Positions 43,441-55,676 of a DNA stretch of 64,000 bases are shown piece by piece. The translations under genes were made by a program, and so were the position numbers. Origin of the DNA: an uncultured Gemmatimonadales bacterium (lineage in GTDB: Bacteria; Gemmatimonadota; Gemmatimonadetes; Longimicrobiales; RSA9); assembly GCA_963798085.1 (NCBI GenBank), contig CAWCRS010000007.1:1088001-1152000 (forward strand). Direction: 5' to 3'. The notes beneath the pieces were generated by a model. It made no database searches. It worked only from the letters and a program-made list of their open reading frames with translations, and was not told the DNA's origin. Within the stretch, counting starts at the first letter, position 1; the number at the start of each line of letters is the position of its first letter.

Positions 43441-45043
43441 ATGCGACTGCAGCAACTCACGACCGAGCTGCGCCAGCTCGAAGAGCGGCTGCGGCAGGGT
43501 GGCGGTGCCGAAAGGGTCGAGCGGCAGCACAAGCCAGGGCAAACTCACGGCGAGCGAACGCATCGGCCTGCTGCTCGATCACGGGCTGCGTACTTCCTCG
43601 AAATCGGTCTGCTCGTTGCGCACGACCGCTACGAGGGCCAGGCGCCGGCCGCCGGCGTCGTCACCGGCGTGGGTGATAGTGCACGGCCGGCCCGTCGTGG
43701 TCATCGCCAACGACGCGACCGTCAAGGCCGGGTCGTGGTGGCCGGAAACCATCACGAAGATGCTGCGCGCGCAGGAAATCGCGATGCGCTGCCGCGTGCC
43801 GATCGTCTACCTCGTCGATTCCGCCGGCGTGAATCTGCCCTACCAGGGCGGCGTCTTTCCCGGACAGTACGGTGCCGCCCGGATCTTCTACTACAACTCG
43901 ATCATGCGGCGTTACCTGCGCGTGCCGCAGATCGCCGCGGTGATGGGCCCGTGCATTGCCGGCGGCGCCTACCTGCCCGGCGCTCTCCGACGTCATCCTC
44001 ATGGTCGAGGGCACGAGCTTCATGGGTCTCGGCGGCCCGAACCTCGTGAAGGGCGCGACCGGCCAGACGGTCGACGCGGAAGAACTGGGTGGCGCGTGGA
44101 CGCACACAGCGATCAGCGGCGTCGCCCACTATCCGCGTGCCCGACGACGCGGCATGCATCGAGCAGATCCGCGAGCTGATCTGCGGAGCTGCCCGCACCG
44201 CCCGCCATCACGCGTGCGCGCCGCACGCGCGCCGGCTGCCGCCGCCGGCGAGCGAGCTGTACGCGCTCCTGCCCGCAGATCACCGCCAGCCCTACGACAT
44301 GCAGGCAGTGCTGGACGCGATGCTCGATGGCGGCGACGTTCGATGAGTTCCAGGCCGACTACGCGCCGGAGATGATCTGCGGCACCGGCCGCATCGATGG
44401 CATTGCCGTCGGCGTCATCGCCAACGCGCGCGGCATGGTGCAAGGATCCGCACGGCGGCCCGCCCAGGTTCGGCGGCATCATCTACACGGACAGCGCCGA
44501 GAAAACCGCCTACTTCATTGAGACCGTCAACCGCCACCACACGCCGCTGCTCTTCGTCCAGGACGTGAGCGGCTTCATGGTCGGGCACGGAGGCCGAGCA
44601 TTCGGGCATCATCCGCGCCGGCGCGCGCTTCGTCGAGGCCATGGCGACCGCGACCGTGCCCAAGCTCGTGCTCACGGTGAACCACGCCTCCGGCGCCGGC
44701 TACTACGCCATGGCAGGCCAGGGCTTCGATCCCGACTTCATCTTCACCTGGCCCACCGGCCGCATGGGCGTGATGGAAGGCGAAAGCGCCGTGCAGGCGC
44801 TGTTCGGACCCGCGCTCGAAGAGCTGAAGCAGAAGAAGGCGAAACCCGATGCCGCGCTGCAGCAGAAGATCGATGCCGTGCGCGCCGACTACGAACAGCA
44901 GCTGGACGCACGCTTCGCCGCGGCCCGCGGCTTTGTCGACGTCGTGCTCGCCCCCGAAGACACGCGTCCCGCTCTCTCCCTCGCCCTGCGCACCGCGCTC
45001 TCCAACACCGGGCCCGCACATCGGGCCGTTCTCTACAGGCTGA
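43441..45043 (+). CDS. Acyl-CoA carboxylase carboxyltransferase subunit (MCC/AtuC-like), many indels
   Basis: [60 protein letters not shown] across frames. Confidence 0.88.
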
Positions 45044-45045
45044 AA

Positions 45046-45307
45046 CTCTTCACCGCGGAGGGCGCGGGGGGCGCGGAGAACGCATTCTTTCTATTGAACG
45101 GACACGGAATCACGGCGGGTCCTCAGCGGTATCAGGATATCGGGCATGCAGAGGAACAGTCCGCAAAGAGCGTGGTGTTGCGAATCTGTCAGACCATACT
45201 CGTTGCGTGAAGCTACCATGAAGCAGGGTCTTGAACTGCAGACGAACGATGAGACCAGAGCAACGCCGATGGCCCTTCGCGCCCTTCGCGCACACTGCGG
45301 TGAAGAG
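45046..45307. repeat. Inverted-repeat-bounded element (33-bp arms, 27/33 match) with lower-GC core
   Basis: CTCTTCACCGCGGAGGGCGCGGGGGGCGCGGAG (45046-45078) vs reverse complement of 45275-45307. Confidence 0.75.
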
Positions 45308-45339
45308 CCCGGACGGTGACGAGGCCGGACGGTGAGAGG

Positions 45340-46716
45340 ATGAGTGAAGACAGGATAAGGGTGGCGTCGGGGCAGGGGTTCTGGGGGGATCTGCTCAGCG
45401 CGCCGGTGGATCAGGTGCGGGGTGGACCCATCGACTACCTCATGCTCGACTACCTCGCCGAAGTCACCATGTCGATCATGCAGAAACAGCGGGCGCGGGA
45501 CGCGACGCAGGGGTATGCTCGCGATTTTGTGCCGCTGATGCGCGAAATCCTGCCGGACTGCGCGCAGAAGAACATCCGCGTCGTGGCCAATGCGGGCGGT
45601 GTGAATCCGCGCGGCTGCGCGGAGCGCGTCCTGGAGCAGGCCAGGCAGGCGGGGCTCGCGGGGCAGGTGAAGGTGGGCGTCATCACCGGTGATGACATCA
45701 TGGAGCGGCTGCCGGACCTGCTGGCGCGCGGACACGCGTTGCAGAACCTGGATGACGGCCGGCCGCTGTCCGAAGTGCTGGATCGTGTGCAGAGCGCCAA
45801 TGCCTACATCGGCGCGCGCCCGATCGTGGAAGCGCTGCGTCGTGATGCGACTGTCGTGATAACAGGGCGTTCGACGGACACGGCGCTGACCTACGCGCCC
45901 ATGATCCACGCCTTCGGCTGGGCGGAGGACGACTGGGACCGGCTGGCGGCGGGCGTGGTCGCCGGTCACATCAACGAGTGCGGTGCGCAGGCCAGTGGCG
46001 GCAACTCGCTCATCGGCTGGCCCACCATCACCGACCTCGAGAGCGTCGGCTTCCCCATCATTGAAGCCAGCGCCAATGGCAGCTTTGTCGTTACCAAGCA
46101 CGACCACACTGGCGGGCGCATCGACCGCGCCATTGTCAGCGAGCAGGTGCTCTACGAGCTGGGCAACCCCGCCGAGTACATCACGCCCGATGTCATTGCC
46201 GACTTCGGCACCATCCGGCTCCAGGATGCGGGCACGAATCGCGTGCGCGTGCACGGCGTGAAAGGCCGGCCGCGTACCGACCGGCTCAAGGTGTCCATTT
46301 CCTATCACGCCGGTTACAAGGCAGTGGGCACTCTCGTTTACGGCTGGCCCAATGCCGTGGCCAAAGCCCAGGAAGCGGATCGCATCCTGCGCGCCCGCCT
46401 CGACCGCCTGGGTCTCGAGTTCAATGAAGTGCGCACGGAATTCGTCGGCTGGAACGCGTGCCACGGCGCGCTCGCAGGACCGCCACCGCGCGACCTGCCC
46501 GAAGTCGAATTCCGCATTGCCGTACGCGGGCCCGACCAGAAAGCGGTCGAAGCCTTCACGCGCGAGCTGGCGCCCCTCGTACTCACCGGTCCGCCCACCG
46601 TGACCGGCTTCGCCGGCGGCCGCCCGCACGTCCAGGAAATCGTCGCCTACTGGCCCGCGCTCATCGACCGCACCGTAATCGAGCCGGGTCTCGGCGTGGA
46701 CGTCATCACCGCTTGA
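45340..46716 (+). CDS. AtuA / DUF1446 family protein
   Basis: GQGFWGD, DYL.LDYLAE.TM, NAGG.NP, ANAYIG, TGR.TD, GH..ECG.Q.SGGN, YITPDV. Confidence 0.9.
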   Translation: MSEDRIRVASGQGFWGDLLSAPVDQVRGGPIDYLMLDYLAEVTMSIMQKQRARDATQGYARDFVPLMREILPDCAQKNIRVVANAGGVNPRGCAERVLEQARQAGLAGQVKVGVITGDDIMERLPDLLARGHALQNLDDGRPLSEVLDRVQSANAYIGARPIVEALRRDATVVITGRSTDTALTYAPMIHAFGWAEDDWDRLAAGVVAGHINECGAQASGGNSLIGWPTITDLESVGFPIIEASANGSFVVTKHDHTGGRIDRAIVSEQVLYELGNPAEYITPDVIADFGTIRLQDAGTNRVRVHGVKGRPRTDRLKVSISYHAGYKAVGTLVYGWPNAVAKAQEADRILRARLDRLGLEFNEVRTEFVGWNACHGALAGPPPRDLPEVEFRIAVRGPDQKAVEAFTRELAPLVLTGPPTVTGFAGGRPHVQEIVAYWPALIDRTVIEPGLGVDVITA

Positions 46717-46721
46717 ACGGA

Positions 46722-46794
46722 TTCACCGCAGTGGGCGCAGAGTTGGCTGAGAGTAACCTGACTTCTATGCGTTCGCCGCGCCCTCCGCGGTGAA
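46722..46794. repeat. Short palindromic copy of the TTCACCGC repeat family
   Basis: TTCACCGCAGTGGGCGCAG ... CCGCGCCCTCCGCGGTGAA; right arm is the reverse complement of 45049-45067. Confidence 0.75.
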
Positions 46795-46808
46795 AAGGAG
46801 TACGACGG

Positions 46809-47168
46809 ATGAGGACAGTGAGGCTTTTTGCGTTGGCGCATGCGCGGTCGGGAGACAAGGGTGACACGGTCAATGTAGGTGTCATTGCGCGCCGGCCCGA
46901 GTACTGGGAGTTCCTGCGGCAGAAGCTGACGAAGCGGCGCGTGCGCGAGCACTTCGGCGATATCGTGGAAGGCAGCATCGACCGCTTCGAGCTGCCCAAC
47001 CTGCACGCGCTGAACTTCCTGCTGCATGGTGCGCTGGATGGCGGCGGCACCATGTCGCTCATGACCGATGCGCAGGGCAAGACTTTCTCCACGGCCATGC
47101 TGCGCATGAAGCTGCGGGTACCTGACGAAATCGCTGCACTGCTCGGACCGGAGGCGGACGTTGGCTGA
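46809..47168 (+). CDS. AtuA-related small protein (C-terminal domain of AtuA)
   Basis: AHARSGDKGD..NVG, RFELPNL.ALNF, LDGGG..SL..D.QGK. Confidence 0.85.
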   Translation: MRTVRLFALAHARSGDKGDTVNVGVIARRPEYWEFLRQKLTKRRVREHFGDIVEGSIDRFELPNLHALNFLLHGALDGGGTMSLMTDAQGKTFSTAMLRMKLRVPDEIAALLGPEADVG

Positions 47169-47937
47169 GGTGTGGCAGCGGCTTCACGTCGCGGCGGCGG
47201 CGGGCGTAGGCACCATCACGCTGAACCGCCCGGAAAAGCGCAACGCGCTGGACACATTGACGGTCGCCGAGCTGAAGGACGCACTCCGTGCGCTGGATGC
47301 AGGCGACGACATTCGTGTCATCATCCTGCGCGGCGAGGGCCCGGACTTCTGTGCCGGCGCGGATCTGCAACAGCTCGAGCGCATCGCGCAGGGCGCCGGT
47401 CCCGCCGAAAACCTGGCCGATGCCTCGGCGCTGGGCGACCTGTTCATCCAGATGCGTCTGGCGGCACGTCCCATCATTGCGGCCGTGCACGGCAACGCCA
47501 TCGCCGGTGGCGCCGGACTCGCCACCGCCTGCGATCTGATCGTGGCCAGCGAGAGCGCAACCTTCGGTTACCCGGAAGTGCACCTGGGCTTCGTGCCCGC
47601 CATGGTCGCCGCGCTGCTGCGCCGCTCACTGGGTGAGAAGCAGATCTTCGAGTTGATCACACTGGGCGGCCGATTCAGCGCCGCGGACGCGCTGCGCATG
47701 GGCCTGGTGGCACGCGTGTTTCCTGACACGGAGTTCGTCGAACAGAGCACGGCCTTCGCAGCGGAACTGGCGTCGCGCTCCGCCTCGGCCGTAAAGCTCT
47801 GCAAACGATTGCTCTACGAGATCGATGGGGCGGCGTTCGAGACCGCAATCGGCCGCGGCGCCGAAATCAACGTGATCGCCCGCGGCACGCCCGACTGCCG
47901 CGACGGCGTGCGCCGCTTCCTCGAGAAGAAACGCTGA
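47161..47937 (+). CDS. Enoyl-CoA hydratase/isomerase (methylglutaconyl-CoA hydratase-like)
   Basis: LNRPEKRNAL, FCAGADL, AGGAGL..ACD, FGYPEV. Confidence 0.9.
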   Translation: MAEVWQRLHVAAAAGVGTITLNRPEKRNALDTLTVAELKDALRALDAGDDIRVIILRGEGPDFCAGADLQQLERIAQGAGPAENLADASALGDLFIQMRLAARPIIAAVHGNAIAGGAGLATACDLIVASESATFGYPEVHLGFVPAMVAALLRRSLGEKQIFELITLGGRFSAADALRMGLVARVFPDTEFVEQSTAFAAELASRSASAVKLCKRLLYEIDGAAFETAIGRGAEINVIARGTPDCRDGVRRFLEKKR

Positions 47938-48164
47938 TGGTATTCTATCGGCGGACCCAGGATGGCGATGCCCGCTGGCTCCAGGTGCGCATGGTGCTGC
48001 TCGCCCTGGGCGGCGTCCTGGGCCTCATCGGCATGGCCACCGAAATCACCTGGCTCGTCCTCAGCGCCCTCGCCGTCCTCTTCGCCGGCATGCTCCTCGG
48101 CCTGATCGGCCGCCGCCGCCATCCCGCAGACATCGGCACCGACACCCCCGCCGAGGAGGAGTGA
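47937..48164 (+). CDS. Small two-TM membrane protein
   Basis: 75 aa, two hydrophobic helices, TGATG coupling to upstream gene. Confidence 0.6.
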   Translation: MVFYRRTQDGDARWLQVRMVLLALGGVLGLIGMATEITWLVLSALAVLFAGMLLGLIGRRRHPADIGTDTPAEEE

Positions 48165-48371
48165 CCAGCCTCCTTCCCTCGCGTCCGCAATCCGCCCGGG
48201 CCAGCCCTCACCTCCACCCCGCACCCCTCCGTCTGACCCTGTGTCCCCTGTATGATAACAATCCGTTATCCGTTTCTCGCAGTCGATCCCCCGCCGTTAA
48301 TCCGTTCCCCGCCGCCAATCCGTTCCCCGCGACGCCTCCCACACCGTGTCGAACGTCCTCACCCCCCACCC

Positions 48372-50818
48372 TCACTCGGCGCGCAGCGACACGAGGGGAT
48401 CGACACGGGCGGCCCGCCACGCCGGCCCCCAGCTGGCCAGCACCGCCACGCTCAGCAGCACCAGCACAAGTACCGCGACGCTCAACGGGTCGGCCGAACC
48501 AATGCCGTAGGTCATGCGCGCAGTACGTGCAGTCCCCAGAACCCCGCGGGCAGGCCAATGGCCATCCCGAGAACCACGAGCAGCACGCCCTGTCGCACCA
48601 CCATGGCCAGCACGTCGCCGGCCTGCGCACCCACTGCCATGCGCACACCGATCTCGCGCCGGCGCTGCGTGACCGCGTTGGCCAGCAGCGCATACGCGCC
48701 AATGGCCGCTAACAGCAGTGTCAGAATCGCGGGCAGACCGACGAACACACCGTAGAGCTGCGCAGTCCACAGCAGGCTGGCGACAACGCCGGCCAGCGAC
48801 CCGCCGCCGTTGACCTGGAGATCAGGGTCCAGATCGCGCACCACGCCGCGGATCGCCGGCAACCCCGAACCCATGTTGCCGTGGGGTCGCGCATAGATCT
48901 CTGCCGTGTAGCCGTTCGGGCGTTGCGCCCACGACAGGAACAGGTAGGGGGTGTGCAGATCCCTGTCCCCCGCGTACTTCGCATCGGCGACCACGCCCAC
49001 TACCTCGTAGTCGCGGTCCTTCACCAGGAAATGCTGGCCCAGCGCATTTCCGCCCGGCCACAGCTTCGCCATCGTCTCATTCACGAGTGCGATGGCCGGT
49101 GCACCGGCCCCGTCCGACGCCTGGACCGAGCGGCCGCGCAGCACGCGCATGCCCACCAGTCGGCTCAATTGCGGGGAAATCGCGTTGTACAGGACCTGAC
49201 GCTCCGCGCCCTTCTCCGGCGGCGGTTCGCCGGGAAGCCGCACCGGAAGCTGCGCGGAGGCGGAACCGAGCAGGGTGCTGGAAGCGAGCGCCACGGACGC
49301 GAACAATGGCGTCGCCTGCAATCCCTGTTCGAGCCGATCGAACAGCTCGCGGCGGGCGGCGTCCTCGTAGCGCGGCGGAAACGCGGAGACGCTCGCGACT
49401 ATGACGCCATCTACCGTGAGACCGGGATCCTCGTGCAGCGCGGACAGCACGGTGCGCCAGATCACGCTCCCACTAAAGATCATGGGCACGGCGAACGCCG
49501 TCTGCATGACGACGATCGCACTGCGCAACCGCGTGCGCGAACCGGCGCGCGGTGTGCCCGAGTGCAGCGCGCGCACCAGATCGGGACGCGTGGCCTGAAA
49601 CGCGGGCGCGAGACCGAACAACAGCACACAGACCATGGCTACGCCCAGCGTGAACGCGAGCACGCGCAGATCAGGCGAAAAATCCCAGGCGACGCGCATC
49701 AGGTTGGCGCCGCGCGCCGGATACTCGAACAGTGCACGCAGCAGCTGCGCGCCCGCGCTGGCCAGCAGATAACCTGCGGCGCCACTGAGCAGTGCCAGCA
49801 AGACGCTTTCCAGCAGCAGCTGGCGCAGCAGTGCGCCACGGTGCGCGCCGAGGGACAGCCGGATCGCGATTTCTCGCTGCCGCTCGACGGCGCGCGTCAG
49901 CAGCATGCTCGCGACATTGCCGCACGCCACCAGCAGGACGAGCGCGGCCAGACCCAGCGGGAAGAGCAGAAACCGGAGCGCGCCGCCGTCGAGACGCCGC
50001 GGCACACCGCGCAACGGTTCGACCTGCACAACGTCACCAGCCGTGTCGGGGCGTTGCGACGCCGCGAGCTGATGGAACAGCGCCGAGAATTCGCTGTGCA
50101 CCGCAGCCTTGCCCACACCAGGTCGCATCCGCCCCACCATGCGGCCCCACGACGTACTCGCATCCACCGCGGGCGCCGCTCCCGGAAGCAGCCAGCCGCG
50201 CATCATGAGCGAGGTGAACACATCCGTGCCGAAGCCCACGACCGCTCCCTCGAATCCTGGCGGCGTCACACCGATCACGGTGTAAGGATGGCTGTTGAGG
50301 ATCAGCGTCCCGCCAATGACCGAAGGGTCCGCGTTCAGCCGGCCTCGCCAGTACGCATCGCTCAGCACGACCACCGGGTGTGTGCCCGGCGTGCGCGTTT
50401 CCTCCGGCGCGAAGAAGCGGCCCAGCGCCGGGCGCACGCCCAGGACATCGAAGAAGTTGTCGGACACCAGTGTCGCAGCGACCGTGTGTACCGGCCCATC
50501 CACCGTGCGCCCGGTTGCAGGGAAGAAACCGCTTGTGGCCAGCCCGACGAGCGTGTGTGTCGCCGCACGGTACTGCAGGTAATCGCCACGCGTCACCGGC
50601 TCACTGCCGCCAGTCCGGCCAATGGTGCCGATTTCCACCAGCCGCTCCGCCTGCGGTACGGGCAGCCGCTTGAACTGCCAGTAGTTGATGACCGAGAAGA
50701 TCGCCGAATTCAGGCCGATGCCCACGCCCAGCGAGAGTACCGCGCCCACCAGCAGTCCCGGCCTGCGCAGCAGTCCCCGCGCCACCTGGCGCACATCGCG
50801 CCCGGAATCTGACAGCAT
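48372..50818 (-). CDS. ADOP / duplicated MacB-FtsX type ABC permease (indel near 48520)
   Basis: LGVGIG.NSAIFS, LGRFF..EE, LLVACGNVA, REIAIRLSLGA, REIGVRMAVGA, ARVDPLVSLRAE. Confidence 0.9.
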
Positions 50819-51042
50819 GTTTGGCCCCGCTCGCGCTGGTTCGTCCGGCTCACGACCCGCAAGATTGCGTTCGCACATCTCGGTGATGCAATCGCGACCA
50901 CCGGCACGGCTGTGATCCTGTCCGGGATTGACAGCCACCAGCGGCGTGCGCGGGACGCAGCATTGCAGATCCAGCGCCGGCGGGATCGCCGGCTGACTCG
51001 CGCCGCCATGGAACTGCCCCGTTCAGGCGACAATGTTGCGTC

Positions 51043-52647
<1,605 letters not shown>

Positions 52648-52790
52648 GCGAACAGCTCGCCGGTCGCAGCGCTCACCGCCGGCGCATCCGAGATCCCCGC
52701 CAAACACCCTGTGCAGCCGGCCGCCCCTTTCGACCCCGTGGTCGCGCGCCTACCTTTTCCGCGGGTTGCAAGCCGAAATCGCGGAAGAAC

Positions 52791-54008
52791 ATGACGATAG
52801 ACGAACCATCCCGGCATCAGGAGCTGCGGCAGGAAGTGCGCGACTTCGCACTCCGGTCGATCGCCCCCGTGGCCCGGGAGCTCGACGAGCAGTGTCGCTT
52901 TCCATGGGACAACGTCCGAGCCATGGCTCAGCGCGGCTGGCTGGGCGTCAACGTGCCGGCCGAGTACGGCGGCATGGGGCTCGACTATGTCAGTTACCTG
53001 ATCGTGCTGGAGGAACTGGCGCGCGTCGATCTCAGCCATGCGATCACGATCAGTGCCCATTCCACACTGGGGCTCTCCCCCATTCTGAATTTCGGAAATC
53101 CCGAGCAGAAGCAGCGATTCCTGCCGCTTCTCGCGGCCGGCCGCGTTCTCTGTGGGTTCGGCCTCACGGAACCCGGCGCCGGCTCGGACGCGGGCGCCAC
53201 CCGCACCACGGCGCTCCGCCAGAACGGCGAGTACCGCATCACAGGCAGCAAGATCTTCATCACGCATGCCGGCGTGGGCGAGGTTTTCGTAGTGACGGCA
53301 GTGACCGACCGTGCGCGCGGACCCAAGGGCATTACCAGCTTCATCGTCACCAAGGAAACGACGGACCGCGCCGAAGCGCAGCGTGTGGGAGTGGGTCACG
53401 CCACCGAGCTGGAACCCTTCACGCCGGGTGTCCGCGCCGGCAAGAAGGAAGACAAGATGGGCTGGCGCGCGTCGGATACTCGAGAGCTGATCCTCGAGGA
53501 CGCGCGTGTCCCGGTCGCAAATCGCCTCGGTCAGGAAGGCGAGGGTTTCATCAATTTCATGAAGACGCTGGACGCGGGCCGCATTGGCATTGCCGCCTGT
53601 ACCCTGGGCCTGGCCCGCGGCGCCTTCGATACCGCCCTCGCCCGGGAGCAGGGCCGCGAGCCTGAGGAAAGCCCGGACGAGAGCCGCCAGGCCGTGCACT
53701 TCGCGCTGGCCGACATGGCCACCGAAATCGAGGCCGCACATCACCTCGTGTACAACGCTGCCCGCCTGCGGGAAGCCGGCCAGCCGTTTACCCGCGAAGC
53801 TTCAATGGCGAAACTCTATGCCAGCGAGCTGGCCATGCGGGCGACCATACGAGCGGTCCAGCTCCTCGGCGCCGACGGGTACTCGTCGGCATGGCCGGTG
53901 GAGCGAATGATGAGAGACGCAAAAATCTGCGAGATCGGCGAGGGCACCAGCGAGGTGCAACGTCTGGTCATCGCGCGGAGCTTCCTTCGCGAGGCAGCAG
54001 GGCGCTAG
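52791..54008 (+). CDS. Acyl-CoA dehydrogenase
   Basis: FGLTEPGAGSD, GSKIFIT, KMGWRAS, GRIGIAA, EIGEGTSEVQR. Confidence 0.93.
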   Translation: MTIDEPSRHQELRQEVRDFALRSIAPVARELDEQCRFPWDNVRAMAQRGWLGVNVPAEYGGMGLDYVSYLIVLEELARVDLSHAITISAHSTLGLSPILNFGNPEQKQRFLPLLAAGRVLCGFGLTEPGAGSDAGATRTTALRQNGEYRITGSKIFITHAGVGEVFVVTAVTDRARGPKGITSFIVTKETTDRAEAQRVGVGHATELEPFTPGVRAGKKEDKMGWRASDTRELILEDARVPVANRLGQEGEGFINFMKTLDAGRIGIAACTLGLARGAFDTALAREQGREPEESPDESRQAVHFALADMATEIEAAHHLVYNAARLREAGQPFTREASMAKLYASELAMRATIRAVQLLGADGYSSAWPVERMMRDAKICEIGEGTSEVQRLVIARSFLREAAGR

Positions 54009-54099
54009 TACGGCGTCGCAGGCGACGCGTGCCGGGGATTCACCGGTACGGGTGTGCCCGCGCGACCGATCCGCGTTCCGGCCTCGCGTTCCGGTAACC

Positions 54100-55641
54100 A
54101 TGAAACGTGAGATCCTGATTTCGGCCACGCCGCAGGAAACGCGGGTGGCCATCCTCGAGGACAACGTCCTGGTCGAGTTGATGATCGACCAGCCCGACAG
54201 CGAGCGACTCGTCGGCGACGTCTACCTCGGCCAGGTCCAGGCTGTGCTGCCCGGCATCCAGGCAGCCTTCGTCGATATCGGCACCGAGAAGGCGGCGTTC
54301 CTGCACGTCTCGGATGTCGCCCGCGACGATGACGAAGACGAGGAGGCTGAAGGTGGTGGCGGTGGAGGCAATGACGCCGACGCACGCTCCCGTCGGTATC
54401 CGCCCATCCAGGACCTGATCGAGAAAGGCGAGAAGCTGCTGGTCCAGGCCTCCAAGGAGCCGATCGGCACCAAGGGCCCCCGCGTCACCACGCACATCTC
54501 GCTGCCCGGCCGGTTCCTCGTCTTCATGCCCGGCTCCGACCACATCGGCGTCAGCCGCAAGATCGAAGGCAGGGAGGAGCGCGGCCGCCTGCGGGCGATC
54601 GCCCGCGAAGCCGTTCCCGAAGGCAGCGGCGGCGTCATCATCCGCACGGCCGGCGAGGAACTGACGCGCGAGGTGTTCGAGCGCGAGTTCAACACGCTCA
54701 CGGAAACCTGGAAGAAGATCCAGAAGCGCTCGAAGGGCGCGCGGCCGCCCGCCCTCATCCACCGTGAAGCCAAGCTGACCTCCGGCATCATCCGCGACGT
54801 GTTCACGCAGCGCGTCGACGCACTGATCGTCGACAGCAAGCAGGTGAACAACGAAATCCGCACGTACCTCGAGGGTGTGGATCCGACGCTGGTCGAGCGC
54901 GTGCACCTCTACGCGGATCCCGTCCCGCTCTTCGACAAGTATGGCGTCGAGGATGCCATCCGGCAGGCGTTCCAGCGGCGCGTCGATCTGCCTTCGGGCG
55001 GCTACATCATCATCGAACCCACCGAGGCGCTCGTCTCCATCGACGTCAACACCGGCCGCTACACCGGTCGCAAGGATCCCGAGAAGACCATCCTGCGCAC
55101 CAACCTCGATGCGGCGAGGGAAATCGCGCGCCAGCTGCGCCTGCGTGATGTCGGCGGCATCATCGTCGCCGACTTCATCGACATGGAAACGCGCTCCAAC
55201 CAGGAGCGCGTGCTGCAGGAGCTGCGCACGCACCTGAACCGCGATCGCGCCCGCACACGCGCCTTCCAGGTCTCCGAGCTGGGTCTCGTCGAGATGACGC
55301 GCCAGCGCGTGCGCCCATCGCTCTTCCACACCCTGACCGAGCCCTGTTCGCACTGCGGCGGCAGCGGCCGCGTATTCCGGCCTGACACCGTGTTACGCCG
55401 CATCGAACGCGCCGCCCGCCGTATCGCCGTCACCCAGGCCGAGTCCGACATCACGGTGCGCGTGCACCCCGAGGTCGCACTCTACATCCTCGAACAGGAG
55501 CCCGACTTCCTGCGTCGCATGCACCGTTCCCTGCGCATGTCCATGGACCTCCGCGACGACCCGCTCATGCGCCAGGACGAGTTCCGACTGCTGGCCGGCA
55601 CGGCCGAGAACGACATCACCGAGAAGTATGCGCTGGGCTGA
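54100..55641 (+). CDS. RNase E/G family endoribonuclease (short form)
   Basis: AAFVDIG, KEPIGTKG, IDVNTG, DFIDM, EMTRQR, CSHCGG. Confidence 0.96.
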   Translation: MKREILISATPQETRVAILEDNVLVELMIDQPDSERLVGDVYLGQVQAVLPGIQAAFVDIGTEKAAFLHVSDVARDDDEDEEAEGGGGGGNDADARSRRYPPIQDLIEKGEKLLVQASKEPIGTKGPRVTTHISLPGRFLVFMPGSDHIGVSRKIEGREERGRLRAIAREAVPEGSGGVIIRTAGEELTREVFEREFNTLTETWKKIQKRSKGARPPALIHREAKLTSGIIRDVFTQRVDALIVDSKQVNNEIRTYLEGVDPTLVERVHLYADPVPLFDKYGVEDAIRQAFQRRVDLPSGGYIIIEPTEALVSIDVNTGRYTGRKDPEKTILRTNLDAAREIARQLRLRDVGGIIVADFIDMETRSNQERVLQELRTHLNRDRARTRAFQVSELGLVEMTRQRVRPSLFHTLTEPCSHCGGSGRVFRPDTVLRRIERAARRIAVTQAESDITVRVHPEVALYILEQEPDFLRRMHRSLRMSMDLRDDPLMRQDEFRLLAGTAENDITEKYALG

Positions 55642-55645
55642 CGGG

Positions 55646-55676
55646 CCGTTTCTGGGGCTGGGGCTCGGGCTCAGGC
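55646..55676. repeat. Second copy of 31-bp dispersed repeat
   Basis: CCGTTTCTGGGGCTGGGGCTCGGGCTCAGGC, 29/31 to 9507-9537. Confidence 0.7.

Noticed and set aside
43441..45043. Carboxyltransferase and other frameshifted genes as true pseudogenes or programmed frameshifts
   Set aside because: Motifs are intact, essential genes are also affected, and no slippery sites were seen; sequencing error is more likely
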